Assembly (NCBI GenBank): GCA_964383365.1
Contig: CAYLHF010000003.1
Span: 64,251-128,250 of the forward strand
DNA: 64,000 nt
From: an uncultured Rhodothermales bacterium
Lineage (GTDB): Bacteria > Bacteroidota > Rhodothermia > Rhodothermales > UBA10348
Direction: 5' to 3'
Position numbers and translations under genes: made by a program. Numbering within the stretch: the stretch's first letter is position 1; each line of letters begins with the position of its first letter. Shown here one piece after another: positions 45,391-55,398 of this stretch. The notes beneath the pieces were generated by a model. The model saw nothing but the letters and a program-made list of their open reading frames with translations. It was not told where the DNA came from and did no database searches.

Positions 45391-48261
45391 TTACTGCTCC
45401 AGGGCCTCGAATACCCCGTCGGCTACGCGTTGTCGGATTACTCTATGCCTTGAATTATCTCGAGTCGGATAGACGCGGTTGGTAAGCAGGATGACGAATA
45501 CATTCTGATCCGGATCTATCCATAGCGACGTCCCGGTGAACCCCGTATGGCCGAATGAGAGCGGACCGAAATGAGACCCGAACGAGGAATAACCGGACAT
45601 GGATTTCGTATCCCATCCGAGGGCCCTGGAACTGATCGATGGATCGGCTACGGTGGTAAATAGACGGATGGTTTCCGGCTTCAGAAATTGTCTTTCGCCT
45701 ACACGTCCGCCGGAAAGAAGCATTCCGGCGAATCTCGATAGATCTTCAACCGTTGAAAAAAGACCCGCATGTCCCGCAGTACCACCCAGGATCCATGCGG
45801 TCTCATCGTGAACCGAGCCCTGGACAAGCGTGTGTCTGAAATAATCGTCCTGTTCGGTGGGTACTATGGACGGATCCGGTCGTTTCGTAGCTCTCCGAAA
45901 CGTTGTATTTAGCATACCCAATGGCTTAAAAATGTGGTCTTTGGCATACGATCCAAACTGTTCTCCGGAAATACGCTCGATGACGATAGCCAGAACGATG
46001 GGTCCGAAATCGGAGTACCTGAATCGGGACCCCGGAAAGTAGTCGAGAGAATCTGAATAAATCTGGTGGAGGACGGAAGCTCTTGTTGCCCCTTTTTCGG
46101 CATAGAATCGTCGAAACGGAATCAGTCCACCGGTATGCGTGAGTAAGTCCCTGATCGTCACAATATCTTTTCCATTCACTCCGAATTCCGGGACGTATTT
46201 CGCTACCGGATCATCGAGGTCGAGCTTTTCGGCTTCGTAGAGTTGCATGATTGCCGTGGTCGTCGCGATTGTTTTCGTGAGACTGGCCATATCAAAAACG
46301 GAGGCTGGTCCGACGCGTCTATCAGATTCATATTCGAACCGCCCAAAGCCCCGAATCTCGACGAGAGTCGTAGATGATCCGACGGCAACCGCTGCCCCGG
46401 GAAACGCACTGTCAGCGATCGCTTCGTACATCACGTTACTCAATTTCCGTAAGGTACTGTCCGACATGCCTATTTCACCGGGATACCCTTTCCTGGGGAA
46501 GGACTGGGAGAGGCATAGACCCTCTCCGCGGGGGAACGATTCGGATACGGAAACAGGAAGTCGTCCACACGCTCCGGCGGTACCTGTTATGACCTGAGCG
46601 ACTGCTGTCAGTGACGATTCAGGCGCACCGAAACTGACGATCAGTCCATCAGGGTTGGACTCGAGTGCTCCGAGGCTGAAAGGGGATCCCATCCCGGCGA
46701 GAATGACCGGCTTTCCCGTCCGCTGCAGACGGTTGGATATTTGGCGAAGGGTACGAGGTCTGGGGTGGTATTCCGACGATAGATCTGCCAACACGATCGT
46801 CGAGTACTGCCGGGTACGCCGGAGCACCATGCCCATGCCAGACTTCCACTCGCCGGTAGAGAGGATGCTGAGGCCTACATTACCCCGAAATTCCGATCGT
46901 AGACGTGCTTCGAGCGAATGAGCTTTATCCTCATTACCAGGATCTATCAACGAGACCAGCAAGACAGATTCGGAAGGTAGAACAGGTAGAACGGATCGGT
47001 TTTCGAGGACAACAACACTTTCGCGGGCTATTCTGGCAGCTGTTGCTCTGTGTTCCGGTAACGTTAATACCGATCTGACCGCTCCTACAGATGTGAGTTG
47101 ACTGTCGGTTAATCGGAGTCGGGCTTTCGCTTCGAGTATCCTGCGGACTGAATCGTCGATTCTTTGCCGATTGATTCGGCCCGTCTTGACCGCGTTCAGT
47201 ATCGAGAGGGCGCTGGATTCCGGATCAGGTGGCATGAGAAGAAGATCAGCACCGGCTTCGATCGCCCGAATAGCGATCTCATTGCCGGACATATCAGCGG
47301 GAAGACCTCGCATATTGAGGGCGTCGGTGATGACAAGGCCGGTGAACCCCATTCGCTCTCGAAGTAGACCGGTTACCAGCTGTCGTGACAATGTAGCCGG
47401 GACCAGTTCTGTTGTCCCAGAGTCGGGAAATGCAACGTGTGCGGTCATGATGGCAGGAACGCCGGCTTCGATTGCTTTTCTGAACGGATACATATCCAAC
47501 GAATCGGATCGTAGACGACTGGCATCCAATACGGGCAGTTGCCTGTGTGAGTCCGTGTTTGTCGCACCATGTCCAGGAAAGTGCTTGGCCGTGGCGATCA
47601 GTCCCCGATCCACAACCCCCGCGATGAATGCGTTCACGAAGTCTGATACGCGCGAAGGGGAATCTCCGAACGAACGAACTGCTATGACCGGATTGCTGGC
47701 CGCCGTATTCACGTCTGCGACCGGAGCCAGAATAAAATTGACACCGACGGCTCTGGCTTCCTCGGCGGTAATCCGACCGACCTCATAGGCGGCACCCGGG
47801 TCTCCGGACGCCGCGACGGCCATGGCTCGGGGAAAATCCGTCGACCCGGGAATTCGCATCGAGGCGCCCCACTCCATATCCTGCGCGATAAAAAGTCGAA
47901 CGGGTGCGAGTGCCTGGAGATCGTGTACGAATGCCGCCTGTTCGAGCGGACCGTTCTTGAACAGGATAAAACCTCCGGCCTGAAACTCTTCGGTCCAGAA
48001 CCGTGCCTTCTCAAAGCCTGATTTGTCGAAGGGCGTAACGGAATTTTCCAGTGAAACGATGAATAGTTGACTGATCTTCTCTCTCAACGTCATCGACGCC
48101 ATCCGATGGGTAACCCATCGTTCTCGAGTATTCTCTGTTCGCGGTGTTTCCTTGCAACCGGTACTCGACAAGACCGCAAGAAGTATGGCTACAACGACGG
48201 GACGGACGAATCCCGGATGGATGGTTGACGGTCGAATTACGCGAGGGCTCCGTCTCGGCAT
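45391..48261 (-). CDS. glycoside hydrolase family 3 (NagZ-like beta-N-acetylhexosaminidase) fused to serine beta-lactamase/PBP-like hydrolase, lipoprotein
   Basis: Lipobox LSSTGC. The GH3 N-terminal domain has GVNFILAPVADV and KHFPGHGAT. The C-terminal class-C-like domain has SxxK (ASLTKT), YSDFG and HTGFTG. TTG 48294 opens the ORF; ATG 48261 is used. Confidence 0.85.
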   Translation of the reverse strand: MPRRSPRVIRPSTIHPGFVRPVVVAILLAVLSSTGCKETPRTENTRERWVTHRMASMTLREKISQLFIVSLENSVTPFDKSGFEKARFWTEEFQAGGFILFKNGPLEQAAFVHDLQALAPVRLFIAQDMEWGASMRIPGSTDFPRAMAVAASGDPGAAYEVGRITAEEARAVGVNFILAPVADVNTAASNPVIAVRSFGDSPSRVSDFVNAFIAGVVDRGLIATAKHFPGHGATNTDSHRQLPVLDASRLRSDSLDMYPFRKAIEAGVPAIMTAHVAFPDSGTTELVPATLSRQLVTGLLRERMGFTGLVITDALNMRGLPADMSGNEIAIRAIEAGADLLLMPPDPESSALSILNAVKTGRINRQRIDDSVRRILEAKARLRLTDSQLTSVGAVRSVLTLPEHRATAARIARESVVVLENRSVLPVLPSESVLLVSLIDPGNEDKAHSLEARLRSEFRGNVGLSILSTGEWKSGMGMVLRRTRQYSTIVLADLSSEYHPRPRTLRQISNRLQRTGKPVILAGMGSPFSLGALESNPDGLIVSFGAPESSLTAVAQVITGTAGACGRLPVSVSESFPRGEGLCLSQSFPRKGYPGEIGMSDSTLRKLSNVMYEAIADSAFPGAAVAVGSSTTLVEIRGFGRFEYESDRRVGPASVFDMASLTKTIATTTAIMQLYEAEKLDLDDPVAKYVPEFGVNGKDIVTIRDLLTHTGGLIPFRRFYAEKGATRASVLHQIYSDSLDYFPGSRFRYSDFGPIVLAIVIERISGEQFGSYAKDHIFKPLGMLNTTFRRATKRPDPSIVPTEQDDYFRHTLVQGSVHDETAWILGGTAGHAGLFSTVEDLSRFAGMLLSGGRVGERQFLKPETIRLFTTVADPSISSRALGWDTKSMSGYSSFGSHFGPLSFGHTGFTGTSLWIDPDQNVFVILLTNRVYPTRDNSRHRVIRQRVADGVFEALEQ

Positions 48262-48394
48262 GTTCGCAAAAAGGGCTCTGTGATCGCATGACAATATTCA
48301 CATAATACGGCGAAAATGGGCGGTAATAGTCATGCGATATACCGTATCCTGCGGCCAAACGTGACCCGAGAACAATCATAACTACAAGGACGGA

Positions 48395-49753
48395 ATGAGG
48401 GAGATGGGGCAGCGGTCAATTCTTGTGACTCTTTTTCTTGGTGTTCTGATGGCGGCCCTGGATATTGCGATCCTGGGACCGGCTATTCCTGCTATCCGGT
48501 CGACGTTTGCTCTGGACGACAGATCCGCCGCTTGGATTCTGAATGCTTTCGTGTTGTTGAATCTGGTTGGGGTGCCGGTCATGTCCAAGATGGCCGACGT
48601 CTGGGGTCGGAGAAAAATCTTTTTGCTCGATATCGGCCTGTTTGCAACCGGAGGTGTGGTCGTAGCGCTATCACCCAGTTTTGGCGTTTTACTCGTGGGA
48701 AGGGGACTTCAGGGATTGGCGGCATCCGGAATATTTCCTGTCGCCGCGGCGGTTGTAGGTGATCTCTTTCCAGAGGAGAAGAGGGGACGCACACTGGGGA
48801 TATTGGGCGCGGTATTTGGAGTCGCTTTCATCATCGGACCACTCCTGGCCGGTGTGATGCTCCTGGCCGGTTGGCGCTGGTTATATGCCTCCTACCTGCC
48901 CCTAGCTCTGATCGTAGGACTGCTGGCACTGAGAACACTACCGAAGCTCGAACGGAAGTCCGCGCATCCATTCGATCGTTTCGGGGTTGGTATTCTGGCA
49001 GGAATGCTCCTCGCTCTGGCTTACGGAATAACCTGGATCGATGCTGGGAATCTGGCAGGCTCGTTGTCCGATCCCAGGGTATATGTGTCATTCCTGGTCG
49101 CGGTTTTTCTTCTTCCTCTATTTATACGGCAGGAAAAAAGGGCCGTGGATCCGGTTATCCGTATTCACATATTCAAGAATAGACAGATTGCCATTACATC
49201 AATTCTGGCAATCGGTGCAGGATTGAACGAAGCAGCATTCATCTTTTTTCCCACCCTGGCAGTGATTGGTTTCGGCGTTTCGATGTCGACCGCGTCATTC
49301 ATGCTTTTGCCCCTCGTGTTCGCGGTCGCGATCGGGTCCCCGTTGGGAGGCTGGCTACTGGATCGACTGGGTTCTCGCTTTTTGATTGTCCTGAGTAATT
49401 CCATGCTGGTCGCAGGAATGGCCATCATTGGAATATGGTTGCGCTCCGAGATGAGTTTTTACGCAGGCTCCATATTGATCGGTCTTGGACTGGCAGGAGT
49501 GATGGGATCGGGGTTGAGCTACATCCTATTGCGCGAGTCCAGACCGGAAGATCGAACCGTATCCCAGGGTCTTATTACCCTCTTTATTTCTATCGGACAA
49601 ATCGTTGGGGGAGCGCTTGTGGGCGCTATCGCTGTCTCGAGAGGAGGCACCGCCGAAGGGTATGGAACGGCCTTCGTCGGAATATCCCTGGTGACGATAG
49701 TGCTGACAATCCTGTCGCTTAGACTCAAAGGTGCTCAAGCCGACGCTAATTGA
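48395..49753 (+). CDS. MFS transporter (drug:H+ antiporter-like)
   Basis: About 12-14 TM helices and MFS motif A-like MADVWGRRKIFL. 452 aa. Confidence 0.85.
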   Translation: MREMGQRSILVTLFLGVLMAALDIAILGPAIPAIRSTFALDDRSAAWILNAFVLLNLVGVPVMSKMADVWGRRKIFLLDIGLFATGGVVVALSPSFGVLLVGRGLQGLAASGIFPVAAAVVGDLFPEEKRGRTLGILGAVFGVAFIIGPLLAGVMLLAGWRWLYASYLPLALIVGLLALRTLPKLERKSAHPFDRFGVGILAGMLLALAYGITWIDAGNLAGSLSDPRVYVSFLVAVFLLPLFIRQEKRAVDPVIRIHIFKNRQIAITSILAIGAGLNEAAFIFFPTLAVIGFGVSMSTASFMLLPLVFAVAIGSPLGGWLLDRLGSRFLIVLSNSMLVAGMAIIGIWLRSEMSFYAGSILIGLGLAGVMGSGLSYILLRESRPEDRTVSQGLITLFISIGQIVGGALVGAIAVSRGGTAEGYGTAFVGISLVTIVLTILSLRLKGAQADAN

Positions 49754-50790
49754 CCGCACGCGGCCTCAATATCCTGACCTCTGCTTCGTCGAACGGTTAC
49801 CGGTACTCTGCGGGAGACAAGTTCCTTGATAAACCGATCGAGGCGCGTCTCCGGTGAAGAAGAAAAATCTGCACCGTCTACCTGATTGTACATTATCAGA
49901 TTTACCTTCGATGGCGCCCAGTGAACGACGTCAGCAAGATGATTGGCATCTGTTATCGAATCATTGAATCCGTCGAACACACAGTACTCGTATGTAATCC
50001 GCCGTCCGGTGGTTTTCGTGAAGTACATAATTGCCTGTTTCAGCGCCACCAGGTCTGTTTTCGCCTTCCGGTTTACGGGCATGATACTGCTCCGCTGTCG
50101 ATCCGTCGGGGCGTGGAGGGAGACGGCCAGATTAACGGCGATATCTTCATCGGCGAGACGGACAATTCGTCCGGCGAGACCGACGGTGGATATCGTAATA
50201 CGACGGGCGGCCATTGCGAGACCGTCTGTGCTGACCACTCTGCGAATGCATTCCAGTACGGCATCGTAGTTCATCAGAGGTTCTCCCATCCCCATCAGCA
50301 CGATATTCGACAGCGGTCGGCCGAAATACGCTACTGATCGCACGCCGGCCTCGAAAATCTGGTCAAAAATGTCACCGGCCGTAAGATCCTGGAGAAACCC
50401 CATTTTTCCGGTCGCGCAAAACGTGCATCCCATGGCGCACCCGACCTGACTCGATACGCAGACCGTTACCCTGCGCACGATACCATCAGCGTCGAAATCC
50501 GGGATCAATACGGTTTCGAACCGATTACCCGATTCAACTTCAAAAAGAATCTTCCGAGTTCCATCTGAAGATATCCTCGTGGTAATCTCTGTCAGACGGC
50601 TTAGATACACCTTACTGTTCAATTCAGACCGTAGCGACCCGGGGAGGTTGGTCATGTCATCGATCCGCCCGACACCGTGCATATAGAGCCAGCGATAGAT
50701 CTGATCGCTACGATACCGGGCGTGACCGAGTCCGGCAACGAAAGAGACGAGTTCGTCCTGAGTTAAGCTCTTGAGGTCGACAGCTTTCAT
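49735..50790 (-). CDS. rlmN: 23S rRNA/tRNA (adenine-C2)-methyltransferase RlmN (radical SAM)
   Basis: Radical-SAM cluster motif GCAMGCTFCATG and C-terminal catalytic Cys EAACGQL. 351 aa. Confidence 0.9.
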   Translation of the reverse strand: MKAVDLKSLTQDELVSFVAGLGHARYRSDQIYRWLYMHGVGRIDDMTNLPGSLRSELNSKVYLSRLTEITTRISSDGTRKILFEVESGNRFETVLIPDFDADGIVRRVTVCVSSQVGCAMGCTFCATGKMGFLQDLTAGDIFDQIFEAGVRSVAYFGRPLSNIVLMGMGEPLMNYDAVLECIRRVVSTDGLAMAARRITISTVGLAGRIVRLADEDIAVNLAVSLHAPTDRQRSSIMPVNRKAKTDLVALKQAIMYFTKTTGRRITYEYCVFDGFNDSITDANHLADVVHWAPSKVNLIMYNQVDGADFSSSPETRLDRFIKELVSRRVPVTVRRSRGQDIEAACGQLASA

Positions 50791-50814
50791 GATATCGCGG
50801 GCCCCGCGGATCGA

Positions 50815-51603
50815 TCAATCCGTTCGAAGCGTTCTCGGCATCCCGATAGTTGCAATCAGAAAAATGACCAGCGCCGTACCCACCGTGATTGCGAGTGATG
50901 GACCAAATGTGGCCATACCCACATGAGGAATGGATCCAGGATGGAGCGCTGTCCGGAGCGCATTTACGGCGTAGGAAACAGGATTGATGTTGATGAGAAT
51001 GCGGACGACAGGATGTGCGCCGGATGCCGGAAAGAGTGCCCCGGACAGGACCCATAGGGGCATTAACAACACGTTCATGACGGCATGAAATCCGCGTGTA
51101 GTCTTGACTCTCCATGCGAAAATAGACCCGACCGCAGTAAACGTGAAAGAGACCACAAGAAGAATTCCCATCGTGGCCAGGAGTTCGGTGAGCGATGGAC
51201 TAAGGTCCGTCAGAGGAAGTGCCAGAAGGAGCAGAGCCGCTTGAGCGAATGCCAGTAATGTTCCCCCTGCCATCGTACCCAGAGAAAGCACGCTCCGCGG
51301 CAGGGGGGCAATCAACGCTGCGTGAAGAAATCCTGTTTGACGATCCTCGACGAGTGACATGGAGCCGAAAATGGCCGAAAAAAGAACGACCAACATCAGC
51401 ATTCCCGGGAATAGATAATCAATATATCCCATGTCCTGTACCGGTGTACCGGGCACGGTGAAACTACTCTGAAATCCGAATCCCATGATGAGCCAGATTC
51501 CGACCACCTGAACGACGGATCCAAATACGCGGGCCCGATCGCGAAAAAACTGAATAATTTCCCGGTGCGCCAGAATACCGACAGGATAAATCCAGTTACT
51601 CAT
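50815..51603 (-). CDS. ABC-2 type transporter permease
   Basis: Six TM helices with ABC-2 family topology. An ATGA overlap with the upstream ATPase gene. Confidence 0.8.
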   Translation of the reverse strand: MSNWIYPVGILAHREIIQFFRDRARVFGSVVQVVGIWLIMGFGFQSSFTVPGTPVQDMGYIDYLFPGMLMLVVLFSAIFGSMSLVEDRQTGFLHAALIAPLPRSVLSLGTMAGGTLLAFAQAALLLLALPLTDLSPSLTELLATMGILLVVSFTFTAVGSIFAWRVKTTRGFHAVMNVLLMPLWVLSGALFPASGAHPVVRILININPVSYAVNALRTALHPGSIPHVGMATFGPSLAITVGTALVIFLIATIGMPRTLRTD

Positions 51604-52586
51604 CGACTACCTCCTGCGGTCGTGTACGGCGTAAGGCCCTCAGGCTGATCCTGGAGAGAGAGTTCGTCATCGAACCGATACCCTGTTTTTTCGAAAAAAA
51701 TATCCTCTAGAGACGGACGTCTGATCGTGACCTCGTCAATCTGATTTTCCCACTCTATTCGAATGGCCTCAATGAGCGAGAGGGGATCCGGTACCGAAAC
51801 ATAGATACCATGACGAGAACGCTTGAACGAAGTGTTATCGCGCTTGGCCAACCACGAGCAGATCTCATCCTCCGCTACGGAGCGAATCAACACTTTTTCG
51901 AGTCGAGAGGATGCCTTGATTTCGTGCGGAGTTCCGGCCACCACGGTCGAACCTCTGTCCAGAATGACCAGACGGTCCGCTACCTCAGCCTCTTCCATCA
52001 AATGTGTCGTGAATACTATAGTTGTATTTCGTTCGGCACGGAAATATTCAAGTGTATTCCAGAACAACAGACGTGCCGCAGGATCGAGCCCGGTGGTTGG
52101 CTCATCCAGTAGAAGTACGGCGGGCGCGTGAAGGAGTCCTCTTACAAGGTCTACCCGGCGCGCCAGTCCTCCGGACAGTCTATCTACGCGGGTATCAAGG
52201 CGATCAGACAGATCGAAGATTGTGGCGAGTTCATCTACCCTTTTTCTCCCGTCTGAACGGTTCATCCCGTATAATGCAGCCGCGATGAGCAGGTTTTCAT
52301 TGACCGTCATCAACCGATCCAGAGAGTGGTGCTGAAAAACGGTTCCCACCCTTTTTCGAGCCGAGGAAGGATCTGCGATCAGATCGATCTCCTCGTCCAG
52401 TATTATGTCGCCGGACGACGGACGCATCAGCGTAGACAGGCATCTGAAGAGCGTTGATTTACCACTTCCATTCGGGCCCAGCACGCAGAAGAAGGATCCT
52501 CGATCAATAGTGATGGAGACGTGATCAAGAGCTTGTACGTCCTCATATGCATGAGAGACGTCCTTGATAACCAGCGATTTACTCAC
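51600..52586 (-). CDS. ABC transporter ATP-binding protein (DrrA/ABC-2 type)
   Basis: Walker A GPNGSGKST, signature LSGGLARR, Walker B LLLDEPTTGLD, and an extra C-terminal domain of about 100 aa. The GTG start overlaps the ctaB stop codon (GTGA). Confidence 0.9.
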   Translation of the reverse strand: MSKSLVIKDVSHAYEDVQALDHVSITIDRGSFFCVLGPNGSGKSTLFRCLSTLMRPSSGDIILDEEIDLIADPSSARKRVGTVFQHHSLDRLMTVNENLLIAAALYGMNRSDGRKRVDELATIFDLSDRLDTRVDRLSGGLARRVDLVRGLLHAPAVLLLDEPTTGLDPAARLLFWNTLEYFRAERNTTIVFTTHLMEEAEVADRLVILDRGSTVVAGTPHEIKASSRLEKVLIRSVAEDEICSWLAKRDNTSFKRSRHGIYVSVPDPLSLIEAIRIEWENQIDEVTIRRPSLEDIFFEKTGYRFDDELSLQDQPEGLTPYTTAGGSR

Positions 52587-53563
52587 AGAATAATAAAACC
52601 GTCAAGGACGATGAAAAGTAGAAGAACGGGGATGTAGATAACAGAAGCCTTGAGTACAGACCGGGCATTCTGAACCGAGTGATTTCGAACGAAGCGAATC
52701 ACCGGAATCAGGAACCAGAATCCCAGACCCGTCGCGCCGGCAACATATACCGGTCCGGATAGCGACAGCATAAATGGAGCGAGACTGGCCAGTATCATCA
52801 GAACGGTGAAGCCTAGCGTGAGGGAACTGGTGAGCCTCCCGGTTTCATCTCGAACCGTCCACATGACGAATCCGGCGCGGCCATAATCTTTTCGATACAT
52901 CCACGCGAGGGACATAAAGTGCGGCATCTGCCAGAAGACGAGGACGAGAAAAATAACCCAGCCTCCCATGTCCATGCTTCCGGTGGCTGCCGTCCAGCCG
53001 CCGAGGGCAGGCAGCGCACCGGGAAGGGTCCCGAGAAGTGTATTGAATCCAGTGACCCGTTTCAAAGGCGTGTACACGAATACATAGAGAGAGACCGCAA
53101 TGGCCGCGAGAACGCCAGTCAGAGGATTCGTAAGAGGACAGAGAATGCCCAGCCCAACCATGATCAAGCCGTAGGCGTACCACCTGGCATGTTCCGGTCG
53201 AATTCGACCGGCCGGAAGAGGGCGGGAAGACGTTCTGCGCATCAACCTGTCCAGGTCTCTCTCCCGATAGTGATTCAGAGCCGCACCCCCGGCCGACGAA
53301 AACGCGATACCCAGGATTGCCCAGAAAAGGGTCCACCCGTCAAATTGCCCCCGGGATCCAAGCATGAATCCAGCCAATGCCGAAATCACCACGAGAAAGG
53401 TAATTTCCGGTTTCATTAAAGACACGAAATCCAGTAATCTACCTGATATGGAAGCCGCACGAGGACCGGACAACCTCGTAATCCGAGTCGATTTATCTTT
53501 GTGATGTTCAAGCATACGATGGGAGGAACTGGGTGCGAATTCCGAAAATCGAATCAGAGTCAC
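52583..53563 (-). CDS. ctaB: protoheme IX farnesyltransferase (heme O synthase)
   Basis: UbiA-family motifs NHYRERDLDRLMRRTSSRPLPAG and a second Asp-rich region, plus multiple TM helices. GTG start at 53563; an alternative ATG lies at 53515. Confidence 0.85.
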   Translation of the reverse strand: MTLIRFSEFAPSSSHRMLEHHKDKSTRITRLSGPRAASISGRLLDFVSLMKPEITFLVVISALAGFMLGSRGQFDGWTLFWAILGIAFSSAGGAALNHYRERDLDRLMRRTSSRPLPAGRIRPEHARWYAYGLIMVGLGILCPLTNPLTGVLAAIAVSLYVFVYTPLKRVTGFNTLLGTLPGALPALGGWTAATGSMDMGGWVIFLVLVFWQMPHFMSLAWMYRKDYGRAGFVMWTVRDETGRLTSSLTLGFTVLMILASLAPFMLSLSGPVYVAGATGLGFWFLIPVIRFVRNHSVQNARSVLKASVIYIPVLLLFIVLDGFIIL

Positions 53564-53566
53564 GTC

Positions 53567-54490
53567 TCACGACGGCTCTTCGCGTCTGTGCCGGGCGAGT
53601 AAAGCAGTTAACACGACGGAAGCGAACAGCAGGGCTCCCACTACAAGATGGGCAGAATTGATGACAACCTGCACATTCCCGGGGACAACCAGGCCTTTTT
53701 CATCGAGCAGGACAAAGTAGGCAAAAAGACCGAGTAGGACCTGAGCCACTAAAATACGAATGGTCCATCCCGAAAATCTGACGAGCTCTCTTTCATTCGC
53801 CATGGAAAATCGAATAAAGAACCACGTCTGAAGGACCGTTGCCGAGGCGATGAATGCAAATCCGATGTGTATCGCAGCGAAGACCGGGTCGATTCCAGTC
53901 CCCGGATGTCTCAGTAACGCTCCGAGTAAGATCTGAATGAATACCAGTCCGGCAGAGAGTAGCGACAGTCTTTTCAGGCGGCCAGCATGTTGCAGTGGTT
54001 CGAGCGTTTCTATGTGATGCCATGTCGGTGAGACGAACAAAATCATGGATGCCAGCAGGGCAAAAAATAATTGCGCGACAGCGGCATGGACCATGGCCAG
54101 ATTTAACGAAATCCAGATAACACGGAGTCCTCCGAGTAGACCCTGAAACGCGACGAGACCAAGGGCGAATATTCCCACCGACCTCATCCAGCGTCGTTGA
54201 TCGGAACGATACGTCCAGAATGCCAGAATCATCGTTAGCAATCCAACGATCGCGCCTAATAAACGATGGCCGTGTTCTGCCAGTACCGGAGTAATGGTCC
54301 ACCACTCCGGCCAGGGATTGAACGGATCCAGGGAATTGAACGAGGTCGGCCAGTCCGGAACGGCAAGACCTGCGTTGATGCTCGTTACAAAGGCTCCCCA
54401 ACCGAGAAGTCCTGTCGCAAAACAGAACGTCGTAATAGTGAAAATACGACGGGGGCGAGAGGAATCAGGCTGATTCATGTCAGATCCCAT
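53567..54490 (-). CDS. ctaA: COX15/CtaA family heme A synthase
   Basis: Eight TM helices with conserved His pairs (LAEHGHRLLG, AMVHAAVAQ, LLRHPG, AAIHIGFAF). It lies directly upstream of ctaB. Confidence 0.8.
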   Translation of the reverse strand: MGSDMNQPDSSRPRRIFTITTFCFATGLLGWGAFVTSINAGLAVPDWPTSFNSLDPFNPWPEWWTITPVLAEHGHRLLGAIVGLLTMILAFWTYRSDQRRWMRSVGIFALGLVAFQGLLGGLRVIWISLNLAMVHAAVAQLFFALLASMILFVSPTWHHIETLEPLQHAGRLKRLSLLSAGLVFIQILLGALLRHPGTGIDPVFAAIHIGFAFIASATVLQTWFFIRFSMANERELVRFSGWTIRILVAQVLLGLFAYFVLLDEKGLVVPGNVQVVINSAHLVVGALLFASVVLTALLARHRREEPS

Positions 54491-54709
54491 GACTGATGAC
54501 AGGTTCGAAGAAGAGTGCTACCTGGATAAAGAGTGCGACTGATTCTGATTCCGGTAGATTCGGATGGTGACGAGCATGATACATTGGCGAGACATATCGT
54601 TTCGTCAAATACGATTGAATACGGTACGTCTCTGCCCGGGCTATGATTGTTTGGAAGATGCCAAATCCGTACTTTTCCGTGTTGTATCAAAGTACCAATT
54701 ATCCAGGAA

Positions 54710-55261
54710 ATGCGGGTATTCCGCTCCCGATTAGTCCTCCGACTGTTCTCCGCGTTGACGCTCGTCAGCTTCGGAGTGTCTCTATGTGGACCGGTGGCAA
54801 GCGGGTCTGGTACAACCAGTCGATACGGTGCGTGGTTGCGTCTCCATCTTCCGACCGGGCACCACGAGGATATCGAATCTGCCATTCAAAGTGCCAATGC
54901 AACATCGCCACGGTCCATTAATGCGTTTCTGGCCGTATTCGTTGCGCATCTTGACGCGACCCCTGGATGGTCCGTCGCACAATGGTTGGGAACCGATTCG
55001 GGGAGCGACAGCGAGATCGTCAGGGAGTTGGAGCGTCGGTTCGATGATAACTTTGACTCGGCGGTCCTGAACCGCATGTGGGTGAGTTTTTCTTCTGTCA
55101 ACAGTTCAGCTTCCGGCAAGCGGGGGCAGATAGTCCTGTCAGCAGGACAGAAAAATGATTCGCGCATCTCTCTTGTGGGGAATCATTCCGGAATCGGTGG
55201 GTTCGGCCTCGCCGAACACTCGTTTTTGCTCCGGCACATGATCTGGTCCATGGGGCCCTAG
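54710..55261 (+). CDS. hypothetical secreted protein
   Basis: ORF 54647..55261. ATG 54710 gives the signal peptide MRVFRSRLVLRLFSALTLVSFGVSLCGPVASG. I recognise no motif in it. Confidence 0.4.
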   Translation: MRVFRSRLVLRLFSALTLVSFGVSLCGPVASGSGTTSRYGAWLRLHLPTGHHEDIESAIQSANATSPRSINAFLAVFVAHLDATPGWSVAQWLGTDSGSDSEIVRELERRFDDNFDSAVLNRMWVSFSSVNSSASGKRGQIVLSAGQKNDSRISLVGNHSGIGGFGLAEHSFLLRHMIWSMGP

Positions 55262-55398
55262 CGCGTCTTCTGCGACTCCGTATTCAGTGCCTGTCCAGAC
55301 GGATTTCGACGTGCCATTCCCAGTGTGGATGGAAGAGTCGAAACTGATTTTCAGTGCACATCTCGTTTTTAATTTGACACAAACAAAGGTTTATAGAC

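Noticed and set aside
50796-50808. The GC hairpin CGCGG-gcc-CCGCG in the 24-nt gap between the ABC-2 permease stop codon and the rlmN start codon.
   Set aside because: It has a 5-bp stem, a 3-nt loop and no U-tract. It is too small to call as a terminator or attenuator.
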